Part shown: positions 36,166 through 49,000 of the stretch, in pieces
Position numbering within the stretch: position 1 is the stretch's first letter
Layout: each line of letters opens with the position of its first letter
Assembly: GCA_965112155.1 (NCBI GenBank)
Contig: OZ218099.1
DNA: 64,000 nt
Strand: one strand, 5' to 3'
Source: Podarcis liolepis
Lineage: Eukaryota
The notes under the pieces: generated by a model
Database searches by the model: none
What the model was told of the DNA's origin: nothing
Seen by the model: the letters and a program-made list of their open reading frames with translations, nothing else
Made by a program: the position numbers and the translations under genes

Positions 36166-36610
36166 TAAGTGGGGAGATGATAGAGATGCATAAAATTACA
36201 CACAACGTGGACAGAGTGAGTAGGGTTACTGGAACCCAGAGTAATTCAGGGGAAATGGGAGATTCACAACAAACGTGTGGGAAAAGGTACTCCTTCATGC
36301 TCTATGTAGTTGCACTGGTGAAGCCAGTGCCACAAGATGGGATAATGGCCACCAACTTAGCTTTAAAGTAAAATTAGACGAATTCATGGAAGATAAGGCT
36401 ATCAATGACTACTAATCATGAGAATTATATGCAACCTCCAGGATTAGTGGTGACATTCCTCAGAATACCAGTCTCCGAAGGGGAAAAAAGTAGTAGATTG
36501 TTGTTGCATTCATGTCCTGCTATTGGCCTTCCCAATGACATCTAGTTGGGAATTTTGATGCTGGACTTGGATGGGTCTTTATTCTAATACAGGAGGGATC
36601 ACTTGTGCTT
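36166..36610 (+). mobile_element. Decayed CR1 3' fragment
   Basis: GEMIEMHKITHNVDRV; ATTAGACGAATTCATGGAAGATAAGGCTATCAATG matches the 3550 CR1. Confidence 0.65.
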
Positions 36611-39600
36611 TTATCTTCCTACGTGACTTCTAAGAGAAACTCCCATTGGACGCTTTCATTGAAATCAAAATGGTAACTTCAGAGATTAGATTTCCCCCCC
36701 CCCCCCGTACCTGGCAGAGTGATACTTAAACTCCCCCCTCTATAGACCCCACTGTTCCAGGGCTGCTGAGACTTCCCTTGGCCTTCTAGCACACATCCTG
36801 ATTGCATTCAGACAAATAATATATCTAATTTAGCCCTGAAAGCTTATTTGATTCTGGTTTCTCATACATATTCCAGAATTGTTTTGTCAAATAATTAATT
36901 CTTGAATTTCCGCTTTAAAAAGAAATAAAAATCAGTTTACAGTATATCAATGGATTACTCTGTAGTCATTATGACAAGTTCACAAATCTTAAATAGTTTG
37001 CTTACATCCAAGTATCTTACCTTATTTTTCTTTTTTCTGATTGATTATAAATCCTCTGAACAGGAACTGTAATCATTTCTTTGTTCTGGGCAACATCTAG
37101 TACAGTCAGTGCTTGTTCAAAAGAAATCTTGCCTATGAGAGGAAGCTAAAATAGAGGTTCAGGTTGAGAGTAATAGATTTAATCCTTGAATTAAGGCGCT
37201 TTATACTCTTTGGTTTGCTTTCACAGTTTTTTGGTGTACAGCTGGGAGAAAAATGATCTAGCTTGATCCCAAAAATTGATAAAGAATTGGTTTATTTCTA
37301 CATTCACCCCTCCCCCACCCATGCACTAAATTACGTGTATATGGTCCAGATGCTCATTACTCACACTTACGTTTTCTTTCTGTTGAGCGTAATCCCCTGG
37401 AGACTAGTAACTTTTCCACTGTAGATTTTGTATTTTATTAAAAAGTCATGTTATAATGGAAATGGACTGTTTATGGATTGTTCAAAACAATTTATCTGAA
37501 AAGAGCTACATCCAACTCTTTGGTCTGTGAAATTTCCATTTGGTCTTTGAGAGCGGGGAGGAGGATGTTGGAAAGCAAAATATAAATGGAAATTGCTCCA
37601 TTAGCTGTTTGGGACTCCTTAACATATTGGTGCAGCAGAATCCCTGTAGTTAATCCATTATTTCAATTATGTTAAGCATTGAAGTTAGACTTGTGAAGGA
37701 AGTTGGCATTCAGACGGAAAGTACTGCAGAGCATAACTGTAAATGGTAGAAGGCTAAAGGCTGCCTATGCAAAAGCATAAAGCAAAACCACTAACACTTT
37801 CTACAAGCATTCATTATTCTTAACATAAAGAAGCTTTAAGTTGTTTTACACATCTTGGGAGTTGAAGTACTTTAATGAGAGGAAAGAGGGATTCATAAAT
37901 AAATGAAGTACATTCTTTTAAATGACCACTTGAGACATGTAGGGATGGAGAATATTTTTTCTCATCAAATAAGCTGTTCTTTTCTTTTTATTTATTTATT
38001 TATTTATTTATTGTGTTTTTATATTTTGCTGGAAGCCTCCCAGAGTGTCTGGGGCAGACCAGTCAGATGGGTGGCATATAAATAATAAAATTGTTGTTGT
38101 TACATTGGTCACAGGACATATGCCAGAAAACCTTTTTTCCATATTTCCAGTCAAAATTACTGTAAGTTTGACACTTGCCCATTAAACATTCGCTCATTGT
38201 GTATATTGCTGCAAGTGGAATTTTAGTTTTGATTCATGTTTTAGTGAGAACAGTTGTCATGAAGTAACAGATCAATTCTTGATGTTGCAAAACTGTTACA
38301 TGAATCACATTGATTATTTGTAGGGAAGATCAAGCTGGTCAACAAATAAATGGTTTAATGTTAATTGGAGTTCAAATAATATGAGCTGAAACACAAATAT
38401 TATGTAAAGAAGCTTACAAATGTTACATTTGTCACTATGGATTTACACACTGCAAACAGAAAAATGCCAAAACAAATCATACAGTTCAACTGAATTAACT
38501 GCATAACTCTCTAGATGTGTTGTATTGCCTTAGCAGCCCCATGCTAAGGACAAATATAGGGGGGAAACCTATCCACATGCTATTTCTGCATGTTTTGAAC
38601 CCACTATTATTCACCAAGGGTAGGAATCCATAAAAACAACATGAAGAACTGGTCCTTCTGCTTAGTTCTGTTGATTTGAAGGCACTGAATTTACAGTAGT
38701 TTCAATGTTGGGTGTGCCCTGATTTCCTAGCACGCACCCAGCTACATTTCATCTTTTTTGAACTAGTCAATAAATTTTACATTGTGTGGCTATGCAGTTT
38801 TCAAGTGTGTAGCATACTGAGAGGGGAAACCTGTCAGGCAATGCTGGAAAAAAAATGGGTATAACCTTGGTATAAAGAATAGGAATAAAATTGTATTTCT
38901 ACTCACACTGTTAGAGGAAGGTTGTTGTTTTTAATGTAAGGTTGCAGTTTTAATATGACAAAAGCTGGGTGATTAATTTGCCAAGGAAAAAACAATTTCA
39001 CTTGTCTTCAGAATAGAGAACAAAATGTCACAGTTGTTGCCCTCCTGGTAGAACAAATTGTGAGATTAACATTCCAGTTTGCAAGAATGTCCCTAGTTGT
39101 GATTTTTTTACACAACAAATTATTTTAATTGTATCACTCACTTCAGAATACTCTTCTAAAAAGGAGCTAAATATGCTTTTTAAGGTAAATTTTATTCCGC
39201 CTTTTAAAACAAATGCTGGGAAACAAGATTTGTACATCACAGCCAGTGTTGCAAATTGAGACATGAAAGCTAAGGAGCTAAATGGCACCTTAAACCTAGG
39301 TTATGGGCACAACGGAATGTCTAGGCACACTTCTAGTCCTTCCCCTAACCACCCCCCTAATACTCTTAAGACGGTCTTTTGGAACTCCCGTCTTCAGAGA
39401 GTAGCTGCAAGTGGGGAGACAGAAAAAGGTCCTCCTTTCCTTCCACTCTGCAGTTTTAATTTGAAATCTTAGGCACAGTACTGCGCCCTGAGCTCAGAAA
39501 CTGCTCACACTAATGACATTCCCTCTTGCAGAATGCACCTAGAAGTTTCAAACACTGATTACAGTATAATTTGCTAATCAAAGCCTGCTACTGATCTTTT

Positions 39601-40157
39601 AATCCCAACCCTTTCCAAACACCAAAGCTTTGCATAATAAGTTGTGGTTCTAGTATGTTTATTATCTCATTTACACAAAAGCATCTATAGCAAATAGCAA
39701 CCTTTTAACTACTTGTATATTGGTAAAAACATAGCTTATACTGATACAGGAGAAAAACAAATAAACAGGAAAAAAGATATATAAATATTGATCCAGAGGT
39801 ATAAGTGGCTAACTTGTGAAATGGAAATACATATTTTATTTAAATACATATTTTATGTAACCAGCAAGTATATAATGGCTGTTTATATATAAAACAAAAC
39901 ACCTAGTCTCAGTAGGAGCTTGCTTTTTTCTTTTTCTTTTTTTGTAGACAGGGTTGGGGATGGGAAACTGGGAGATTGCCTGACAAGGTAGCAGGAAGGT
40001 CAAACTTGGGCCTTGGTAGCACTTTCAAATCCATTTTTGCCTTGAGAGTTGCAAGAGATTCTCCCTTGAAAACTGATGTCTGTACCTTCCAAGCTTTATG
40101 CATGTGTATGGAGTGGCTTCTGGGGGTCTTTTACCCAGATAAGAAAGTTCCAGTATA

Positions 40158-40373
40158 CAGTGGTACCTCAGGTTAAGAACTTAATTCGTTCTGGAGGTCT
40201 GTTATTAACCTGAAACTATTCTTAACCTGTTCTTAACTTAGCTAATGGGGCCTCCCGCTGCCGCCGTCGAGCAATTCATGTTCTCATCCTGAAGCAAAGT
40301 TCTTAACCCGAGGTACTATTTCTGGGTTAGCAGAGTCTGTAACCTGAAGCATCTGTAACCTGAGGTGCCACTG
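40158..40373. mobile_element. Tigger/pogo-like MITE, same family as 27141
   Basis: TA/CAGTGGTACCTCAGGTTA ... TAACCTGAGGTGCCACTG/TA. Confidence 0.9.
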
Positions 40374-41289
40374 TAGTTCCTTAAGATTTTTTATATCATA
40401 AATTCATATTTATTTTTTGACTGAGAGGTTTTCAACCTTTTTGGGTCCACAGCTCCCTTGACCAACTACATTCTTTCTGTGGCACCCCTGTGGGACTCAG
40501 GAGCCCAGTTAGGTCACCCCTTGCCTGCAGAGCTGGCAGCCTCTCACCCTTTTTTTGAACACCCTCCCTTGTTGTGGAGTGTTCCCTCAGCCTCCTCTCT
40601 TCTCCCCTCTCCTTAGGAGTCCTCTGGGCAGCTGCAGCTGCCACCCTTGGTCTCTGAGCTTCCCCCCTGCCCCAGGTGTACTATGTGCTGCTGCTTCTCA
40701 TTAAAGCATAGCTTATTTTTAATGGCCATTTAATGTGATTTGTGAACCAGGCCAATATATTTTCCACAATACACTGAAATATTGTGACTAAATCTTTACT
40801 TTTATTTCTCATAGATTACTGAAATATTGTTTCTACATTTTGTAGGTAGCTTATCCTTCTCCCACCTTAAAGCTATCACAAACAGAATATCTTAACATTT
40901 TGTTTTTGTTTTGTTTTTTTAACAGATAAAGCACTATGTTTCATTCCAGTAAATATTGTTTTGTTAGCAGCTGTTATGTTCCTTGGAGTGCTATGAGAGC
41001 TGCTGTAGAGACCTCTGAAATATAGGGAAAGCAAACAGTTTCCGCTCAGCTTTTGTCAGTCTAGCAGTACTTTGTTTTAAACATGGGAGCCAATAAAGAG
41101 ACATTGGTCCAGTTCATGCACAATGCTCAAACATGGAACAGCATAAATGAGCAAATGTGGGTTCCCAAGGTGAAGTTCGCATCTGCTGTGCTCCTCATCT
41201 GCTGCTGCTGCAGCTGCAGAAAACAAATATTGCTTACAGCTTGAGATTTGTCTGGACAAGAAAACCACAGCCTAGATTCAGATGTATTA

Positions 41290-41538
41290 CAGCCGTACCT
41301 CTTGTTACGTCAGTCTCCGGTTGCGTTTTTTCAAGGTACGAATGCGGCAAACCCAGAAGTGTATACTTCCAGGTTTCGCCATGCGTGCATGCACAGAAGC
41401 ACTCTGCGCGTCTCGCACATGTGCAGAAGCGCTCTATCGTGCTGTGCGTGTGCACAGAAGTGGCACTCTAGTTGCGGACTTTTTGGGGTGTGAACAGCAC
41501 CCTAGAATGGATCGAGTCCATAACTAGAGGTACCACTG
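41290..41538. mobile_element. Tigger/pogo-like MITE
   Basis: TA/CAGCCGTACCTCTTGTTA ... TAACTAGAGGTACCACTG/TA; three internal decayed GCATGCGCAGAAG repeats. Confidence 0.8.
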
Positions 41539-42408
41539 TACTGAGCCCAGCATCAGCAGGACTGGGAAAATAATGCAGCAGGTGTGATCTTCACTTTTGG
41601 CGCCCATTTGTGCACACTGAATCATGCTTATGTGTGAACCAGGCCAGCGAGTCACCAAGTAATTGGAAACTATCAAACCTGAATTCTTCTTTTCCTGTTC
41701 TTAACAGTCAATGACATCTTGAATAAAATTTGTGGAAAGCATGTTGGCTGTTAAATGTGTTTTAGGATCCTTGCTAAGCACCACTTGCTTGCAATGGGTG
41801 TATCTGTATACGGTACACAAACACTTATGCAAATGTCAGCTCAAAGACTAGATGGGAAATGCTGACTTCTCCCCCTAAATGGTAGTCGAATAATCATGTT
41901 GGCAATGATGAACATTAGTTTACTAGGAAAATGCTCACCACAGCAAAAATAAAAAGCATTTGATCCACATTACAATCTCTTCCTCTTTAAAATAATATTT
42001 CATTTATCTTCAGTTTTATAGCCTGCTGTAAGAGCTTCCATTTTCAAAGAAGGATATGTACCTTGGAATGAAAGGGTTTATAATAGTTTGTTTCCTACTC
42101 AGTAGCAAGCAAAGCACATTATCTGAGCATGTCAGTTCAGGAATATGTACTATATTAATTCAAGATTTGTTTCAGGAAAAAACCTTCGGTTTGAACTGTT
42201 TAAAAGGATCTGATTCATACTCTAGAAACTGTGTCTTTCATATATATGTTTGGGATAAATAGAAATAATTGGTGGGGGGGGGAGCTAAACTCACATAGTC
42301 AAATACACAGCTAGGAGATGTACTGGCAATACCAAGAAGTGCCTCTGAAAGATGAGTTGCCAGTGAGAAAGGCCTTTTCCTGGCTTTGTTTCTGGCCCTC
42401 CCCATCAC

Positions 42409-42499
42409 CAGTGCTGTTCTTCTAGAAAGAAAAGGTGCCAGTACTCACCATGAAATTGTGCCATACTTTTACCCTTGAGCACCCCCAGAAAAAGCACTG
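42409..42499. mobile_element. Small (91 bp) hAT MITE
   Basis: CAGTGCT...AGCACTG; 8-bp TSD CCCATCAC (42401-42408, 42500-42507). Confidence 0.8.
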
Positions 42500-42560
42500 C
42501 CCATCACTGATACTGTCTTAATTCATGACAGCAAGGGATAAATAGACCTCTGGCAAAGGT

Positions 42561-42704
42561 AAGAATCATAGAGCTGGAAGGGACCCTGAGGATAATCTAG
42601 TCCAAACCCCCTGCAATGCAGGAATATGCAGCTGCCCCATGCAGGGATCAAACCTGCAGCCTTGGCGTTATCAGCACCACACTCCAACCAACTGAGCTAT
42701 CCAG
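42561..42704 (-). mobile_element. tRNA-Ile-derived SINE with CR1-type 3' tail
   Basis: Minus strand: GATAGCTCAGTTGGTTGGAGTGTGGTGCTGATAACGCCAAGG...GGTTTGATCCC, then GGACTAGAT...GGTCCCTTCCAGCTCTATGATTCT; a tail-only fragment lies at ~54757-54812 (+). Confidence 0.75.
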
Positions 42705-42952
42705 GGTTATGTTATTACTGCAAAATGCATGTTCTTCTCACTTCCATTTTGCTTTGAAATCTACTCCATTCATAACATAGTCTGGAGTGAAACAAAAAGA
42801 AAGGGGAACTTTCTGCAAAGTGGAACTGGAAGAATCTGGAAGGTGGCATACCTGTGCCAATGACTGGAATGACCAATGGATGGGATGGTAGTGGTCTGAA
42901 TAATAAAGACTGGAAGAATAACCCAAGAAAATCTTTAATAAAAACATTTTTT

Positions 42953-43098
42953 CAGTGGCGTAGCGTGGGGGGTGCGGGGGGGCCAGCCGCACTGGGCGCA
43001 ACATCTGGGGGTTAGGGTTAGGGTGCGCAAATCCATGGGTTAGGGGGCGCAAATTACTTGCCTTGCCCCGGGTGCTGACAACCCACGCTACGCCACTG
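42953..43098. mobile_element. hAT MITE, second copy of the 8628 family
   Basis: Same TIRs; 8-bp TSD CATTTTTT (42945-42952, 43099-43106). Confidence 0.92.
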
Positions 43099-45545
43099 CA
43101 TTTTTTAAAAAATGAAAAAAGATTGGAAGAATCCTTCATTCACACCAGCCATTGTGTGAGGTGGCAAATGGTGGCAAGGAATTTGTGGCATCATTGTGTA
43201 TCTTATGGTTGGCTTTGCTTATAGTAATCAGGGTGTATTATCAGTTTAGGTTATAATATATTAAGTGTTGCTTATTTGAAATTATACACCAGTTATTTAT
43301 GGTTATGTTAAAATACAACATTAAAATACGACATTTTTAATGATAGCAAATCATTAATCATTCTTTGGTCTAACAAAACAGTATGCAAGAGTGTGCTGTG
43401 CATTTAAAAAAAATGGTTTTAAGCCAATTTAAGACAGAAGGGACACTTTGCAACAATTTGTGTTGTAGTATGTTTTCTGGAGATCAATTACTGATACAGT
43501 GGAAAGAGCGCCACCTACTGATTTGCCAGGATGAGCCACTGACAAGCGAGTTTTTTGCAGATCTCATGTGGAAATCTACCTGTGGAACAGAATTGCTCTG
43601 TGATTAAGATTGACTTCAGTGTAAGGAAGTAGGAAAGGTTATATTTGTGTGGTTGCTAATGCAGGACAGGTGAAGAGTGTTACTAAAAGCAATGGATAAA
43701 TTAAATATATATAGATATACTGTATAGATATAATGGGGATTACGATTGTGAATTCGTTTTTGTCTTTTAATTGAGGAAACCAAGATGTGTGTTTGCCTTA
43801 CAATCTCATGCCAAAATACACATCAGATCTGAAAATATTTTTATAATAACACGCATGTAATTGAGAGAACAAGCGGACAGTAGGAAATAGGGTACAAATA
43901 ATTCCGAATGATTTAAGCAAGCAAATTGGGGAAAGAAGAAAGACAGGATAGAACCTGATCTGATTTGTGGGTTGGAGTAGTTTTTGGGTTTTTTTAAAGA
44001 CTGAAACTACTAGGTGGCAGGGGAAAGTACTAAAGCCAGATGCTTTTGTACTTCATGCATATTTCACAAGTGAAATACTGGACTTCTTAATTATGCAGGC
44101 AAATAGATCACAGAAGTTTATCTGTGTAAAAGGTTTCCCATGCACATGAATGATGATTCAATCAAGCTTCACATATTTTGAGGTTTAGATCATAGTTTCT
44201 GGCTGTAATGCTTGTAGCTTGCACTGAGAATGTGCAGACTGAATGTCTTGTGATATGTTAGAAAATGTAAGGATGACCTCATGTCTATTTGTAAACATCA
44301 AACAGACTTCTTTTTAGTTTATCTTTCATTACAGATTTTGTTTTTCTTTTATAGTAATATTGGACCACAGGCTTTCTAAAGCAGAGTTTTCTCTTAGGTC
44401 TGAAATATTTGTCATCTAGTGTTGCTTTAAAAGATGTATAGCTAATATATCAAATTGGAAGCATTTTAACTTCAATGTTTATATTTAAGTATGTATGATT
44501 TGCTTATAATTTTATACTGTATTTTTTATTTATTCTATGATATGCTTTTATGTAAGCCACCTTGATTTCAATTTGGGGGTTGGGTAAGATATTAGTATTT
44601 TGAATGAGAAGACTTATAACATTAAAAGCTTGATACCAAGCCGTCTAGACAAAGTGGGGGTAGTGATTTATTTAAAGTAAGATGAAGCAAACAAATGAAC
44701 AACATTTGTGCTCTCATTTAGTCCAGAGAAGAATGAAACATTCTACTGATGACTTGTTTTTGGCGCTTGTGTCAGCCTTAAACACAATGACAGAACTGCA
44801 GGGAGCCAAACACATGTTTGCTTTCTGATAATAAATTTGTCATTAGCTAAATACTTGTGGGGCTTAAGTGTCTTATCAAGATGGACAGTGATCTAGAGCA
44901 ATACGTTTCCAACAGCAGGATAAGAAAAATGAAGAGATTTATGTATGATGTGTCAGTTAGAAAGGTTAATTATGGCCACTAGCCAAAGATATGTGGTTTG
45001 GTTCCAAAAAGTGTGCACTATGAGCAGAAAAGCACTTCTGCTCATCCAAGGAAGGGGTTCCTGCAGTTTTCAAATCTTCCAGCCATCTGCAGCCTCTCTT
45101 ATGCCATATCTCACAACGTTTCCCAGGGTCCTCAGACCTTATAGATCTGGTTTTTGGGGTACAGAAAGTGTGAAAACCTCTATTCCATGAGAAGAGCAAG
45201 ACACTTAGTTCTTAGGATATGAGCCAACACGCACACAATAACATGATGCATTTTGGTTTTTGGTTTTTAAAAAGCTATATGCGAACTAGAATGTCTGGAT
45301 TCAGATTTCCTCTGAATTTGATTTATTATAATTTTACTGGAAAGAAAGAAGCATCCAATCTTTTCCCTATAAATTTAGTCAACTCAGGAGATGGGTCTTA
45401 GAACACACCAGGAGTTGATTTCAAGCATGGTTTACTGAGTCCTTTCTTCGTCTTATTTTCTCCACACAGCCCAATTTTTAACTCTAGCCTTAACTTTTTT
45501 GTCTGTTTTCTCCCCCTGTGTAGGTTTACAATTGTGCTATGAGAA

Positions 45546-45660
45546 ATGGCTCCCTTCTTACGAATATCATTCAACTCCTTTGAGCTAGGACCTATGCCGA
45601 ATCAAGGGGAGCAACTACAGCCATTCTGTGCAATAAAAATGAAAGAGGCCTTGACTACAG
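45546..45660 (+). CDS. PRKCD: PRKCD coding exon 1 (exon begins at 45524 after polypyrimidine-TAG; ATG at 45546)
   Basis: [38 protein letters not shown](E); Kozak gaaATGg; donor G/gtaag at 45661. Confidence 0.97.
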
Positions 45661-45974
45661 GTAAGAAGATTGATCAGTTGAATTGATTCCATTTGTGGTC
45701 TGGAATTCCTCACATATGGTCTGGCAGGACCAGAGTCTAATTGTGTGCTTGTTTATGAGAAAGGAAATCTCACTGAGTCGGTAGCAATGTACTCCAAAGT
45801 AAATGTGTATACGATTACAACCTTAAGGTGTCAAAGGATGCAGTTTCTAGTCTAATGTATGTGGCATAGGCCAGTTTAATCCCAATGACAGGGAAATAGT
45901 GAAGAATATGGCTATTTGTGTACAGCATCATTTGGATTTAAGTCATCTGATCATAGGCAATGTATCAGGAAGAG

Positions 45975-46033
<59 letters not shown>

Positions 46034-49000
46034 TTATTTATTCCCCAGCCACTCTGTGTGACTTCCAACAAAATATTAAAATACCATAATACATCAAACA
46101 TTAAAAGCTTCTCTAAACAGGGCTGCCTTCAGATGTCTTCTGAAAGTCTGGTAGTTATTGTTCTCTTTGACATCTGGTGGGAGGGCGTTCCACAGGGAGG
46201 GCGCCACTACCGAGAAGGCCCTCTGCCTGGTTCCCTGTAACTTGGCTTCTCGCAGTGAGGGAACCGCCAGAAGGCCCTCAGCACTAGACCTCAGTGTCCG
46301 GGCAGAACGATGGGGGTGGAGACGCTCCTTCAGATATACTGGACCGAGAGATAAAGGTAGCTTTGAATAAAAAATTCAAATGGATGTACCACCATGCTGG
46401 TATGTACTATGAATTTTTAACACCTTATTTTTTAATGTGAAAGCTGAAGTTAATCAGTTATTATTTCCATTTTTATTATTTTAGTCTTGTTGCATTATTT
46501 TAAATCCAAAGCATAATGTGAGAATGGATTCGGTGTGAAATGCCACCCCCGTCATATCTTGAAAAGATACTTCCTTACTACAATCCATTACTAGAGCCGG
46601 AAGGCTTTGTTGTCCAATTAGCAGAAGATTGTTTTGTTGCCTGCTTTTCTTCTCTCTTCAGAGTCCATTATTCAAAAGTCACTTTTTTGGGTGGAACTCA
46701 ACTCATCAGCAGGAACTGTCTTGTGGTTCCACCTACATATTCTGTCATTCTTTTTAGAAGAAGACCACTGTACACAGGCATGCGAAGGATTATTATTATT
46801 ATTATTATTTTAAAAATCATAGTTCAGAGAAGGGGGTGCAAAAAGAATTTCTCCTTTCGTTACTGAAAGCCTAATTCAGGTTGTTGTTACCTTTCAATGT
46901 CATTTCCCATCCAGTTCAGTGGTGCACCCATCTGCCTTTCTGCTGCCTATAACTTCTGTGCTTTCCATTCAGTTTTCATGAAGGTTTTACATGTTGATAC
47001 AGTACTTCCATGTGTGTGGTGTGGTGTGGTGTGGTGTGTTGCGTGCGTGCGTGCGTGCGTATGTGTATGTGTATGTGTGTTTTGCACTGAAAACTCTCGG
47101 CATCTGGGAGGAAGGCTTTCCAACTAAAAAAAAGAAAAAAACCACACCTTTGGCTAAAGAGGTCAGGGAAACAAGGTATGCCTGCATCTTAGGAAACAGT
47201 ATCTTTGATAACCTTTTATCAGGATAAGGAGGTTCCCTAGAGCTTCGATGGATAAACCCTGGCCCTGTGTGACTCCTTTCTTAGAAGGCTCAGGAGTATT
47301 GCTGGCCTTCCTTGGTGAACTTTAGACCCTTAAAAATATTCTTGAGGCCTTTTCTTTTGCACTGCATGAAAACCAATTGTCACCCAGAGCTTGGACTAAA
47401 AATAGTTACATAATTAAGTGCTTTCTTTCCTTCTAACTTTAAGCTAATGGCTGTTGCTATTAGAACTAGAAAAGCTCGTTCGTTTCCATTCTGTATGTTC
47501 CATGGACCCTTTTTGGAAAGAAATGAATGGACCCTTTTTTTTCATTTATTATGGAACAAATGCATATCCATACTGTGAATGAAGATTTAAAAGTATTGCT
47601 CTGGTTTATTTTAAATATTTTGGGATACGCAAATAGTTCAGCAAAATGGATAAACTGAAAATCTTTAATCTTTTATCTGTTCATAAGTAATACATTTACA
47701 CTTTTATGTTAGTGTAATCAGTAAGGGAGAGCATGTTGAACTTGAACAAAAAAAATATCATTTGCCCTCTGTCTCATAATTAACATTTTCTAATTCTGGT
47801 CCATGTACCAGTAAAATTGGTGCACCCAAACGTCACTCAAGTGAACATTTTCTGGCCAAATGTAAAATGGGGAAAATATTTTCTTAGGCCCAGGCTGATT
47901 GCTGCATAGTTGGATTTCCTACTTTTAGGCCAACACAGTCAAGCATGTGTTAGATCACCATGACACCTTTAAAATCTTCAAGAAAAAAATGTAACAGATG
48001 CTGGAGGGGATACTAGAGCAGCATTTATCTTTATCTGGAAATTCATAGGCTGAGGACATTGTGACAGAAGTTGCCACAACAAAATTGCAGAAAGGGTGGA
48101 GGTGGGGAGCTCTGGGATTCACTTTGCATTAATTGAAAACATCTGCTCTGAGTAGCTGTTACTAGAAAGGATCTCTGAGACCAGGTAAAAGCTTTTTGGC
48201 AGAAGCAGAGGAGATAAAGCAGAAGTCTGCAGAATGCAGAATATCCTCAGGTGGCTATTTGTGAACATTTGGCAAGCTAACATCAGCCTGCTTGTCAAAT
48301 ACCTAATTTATAATGTTGGTTTTGGCAGTCCTTACCTAATAAAGCCAAACTGAGGTGCTATTCTTTACTACTGTTTGGACAGTCCATCATACTGAGAGAC
48401 GTGCATCAAACAAAACAGCTGTTGGATAAACATAAACTTAACTCTGAACTTAAATCCTATGTCAGAATATTAAGGAACCAATCACTCTCCATACAGTTTA
48501 CAGAGATTCAGCTATTTATCATGGCTCAACTAACACAGTTGCCAAAATTGGGCCTGGATATTAGGCCACATTTGGAAATCTGAGAAACTCTTGTGGGCAT
48601 CACTATAAAATGGCTGCCCTTGGGCATCTATCTAGTCACAGAAAAGCTGCTCAAGGGATCTTTGCTGTCATGGAGGACAAACAACTTTACAAAAGAGAGA
48701 GGGAGAGCATGCCTATAAGAGAGAAGTTGGCTCTGAATCCCAACTTTCAAAACAGACATTTCCCGTGCCCCAAAGCACAACCGCATAACCCATTTCACAG
48801 AAGTAACACACATCCACCCCCCAAAAGCAGCTAAACAATTTTGGCAATTCCCCGAATCTGGAAAAGCTGTGGGGGCATTGGGAAAATCAGGGGAAATCCA
48901 CTCACCACCATAAGGCACAAAAAACAGGCAAACTCTACTGAAGAAGTCAAACAAGTGAGGCCCACCCATGTACCCCAAAAAGCAACACACATGTAGAAGG

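Noticed and set aside
39948-39987. Possible intermediate 5'-UTR exon (polypyrimidine-TAG ... AAG/GTAGCA)
   Set aside because: Weak donor; such pairs are common by chance and cannot be supported without transcripts.
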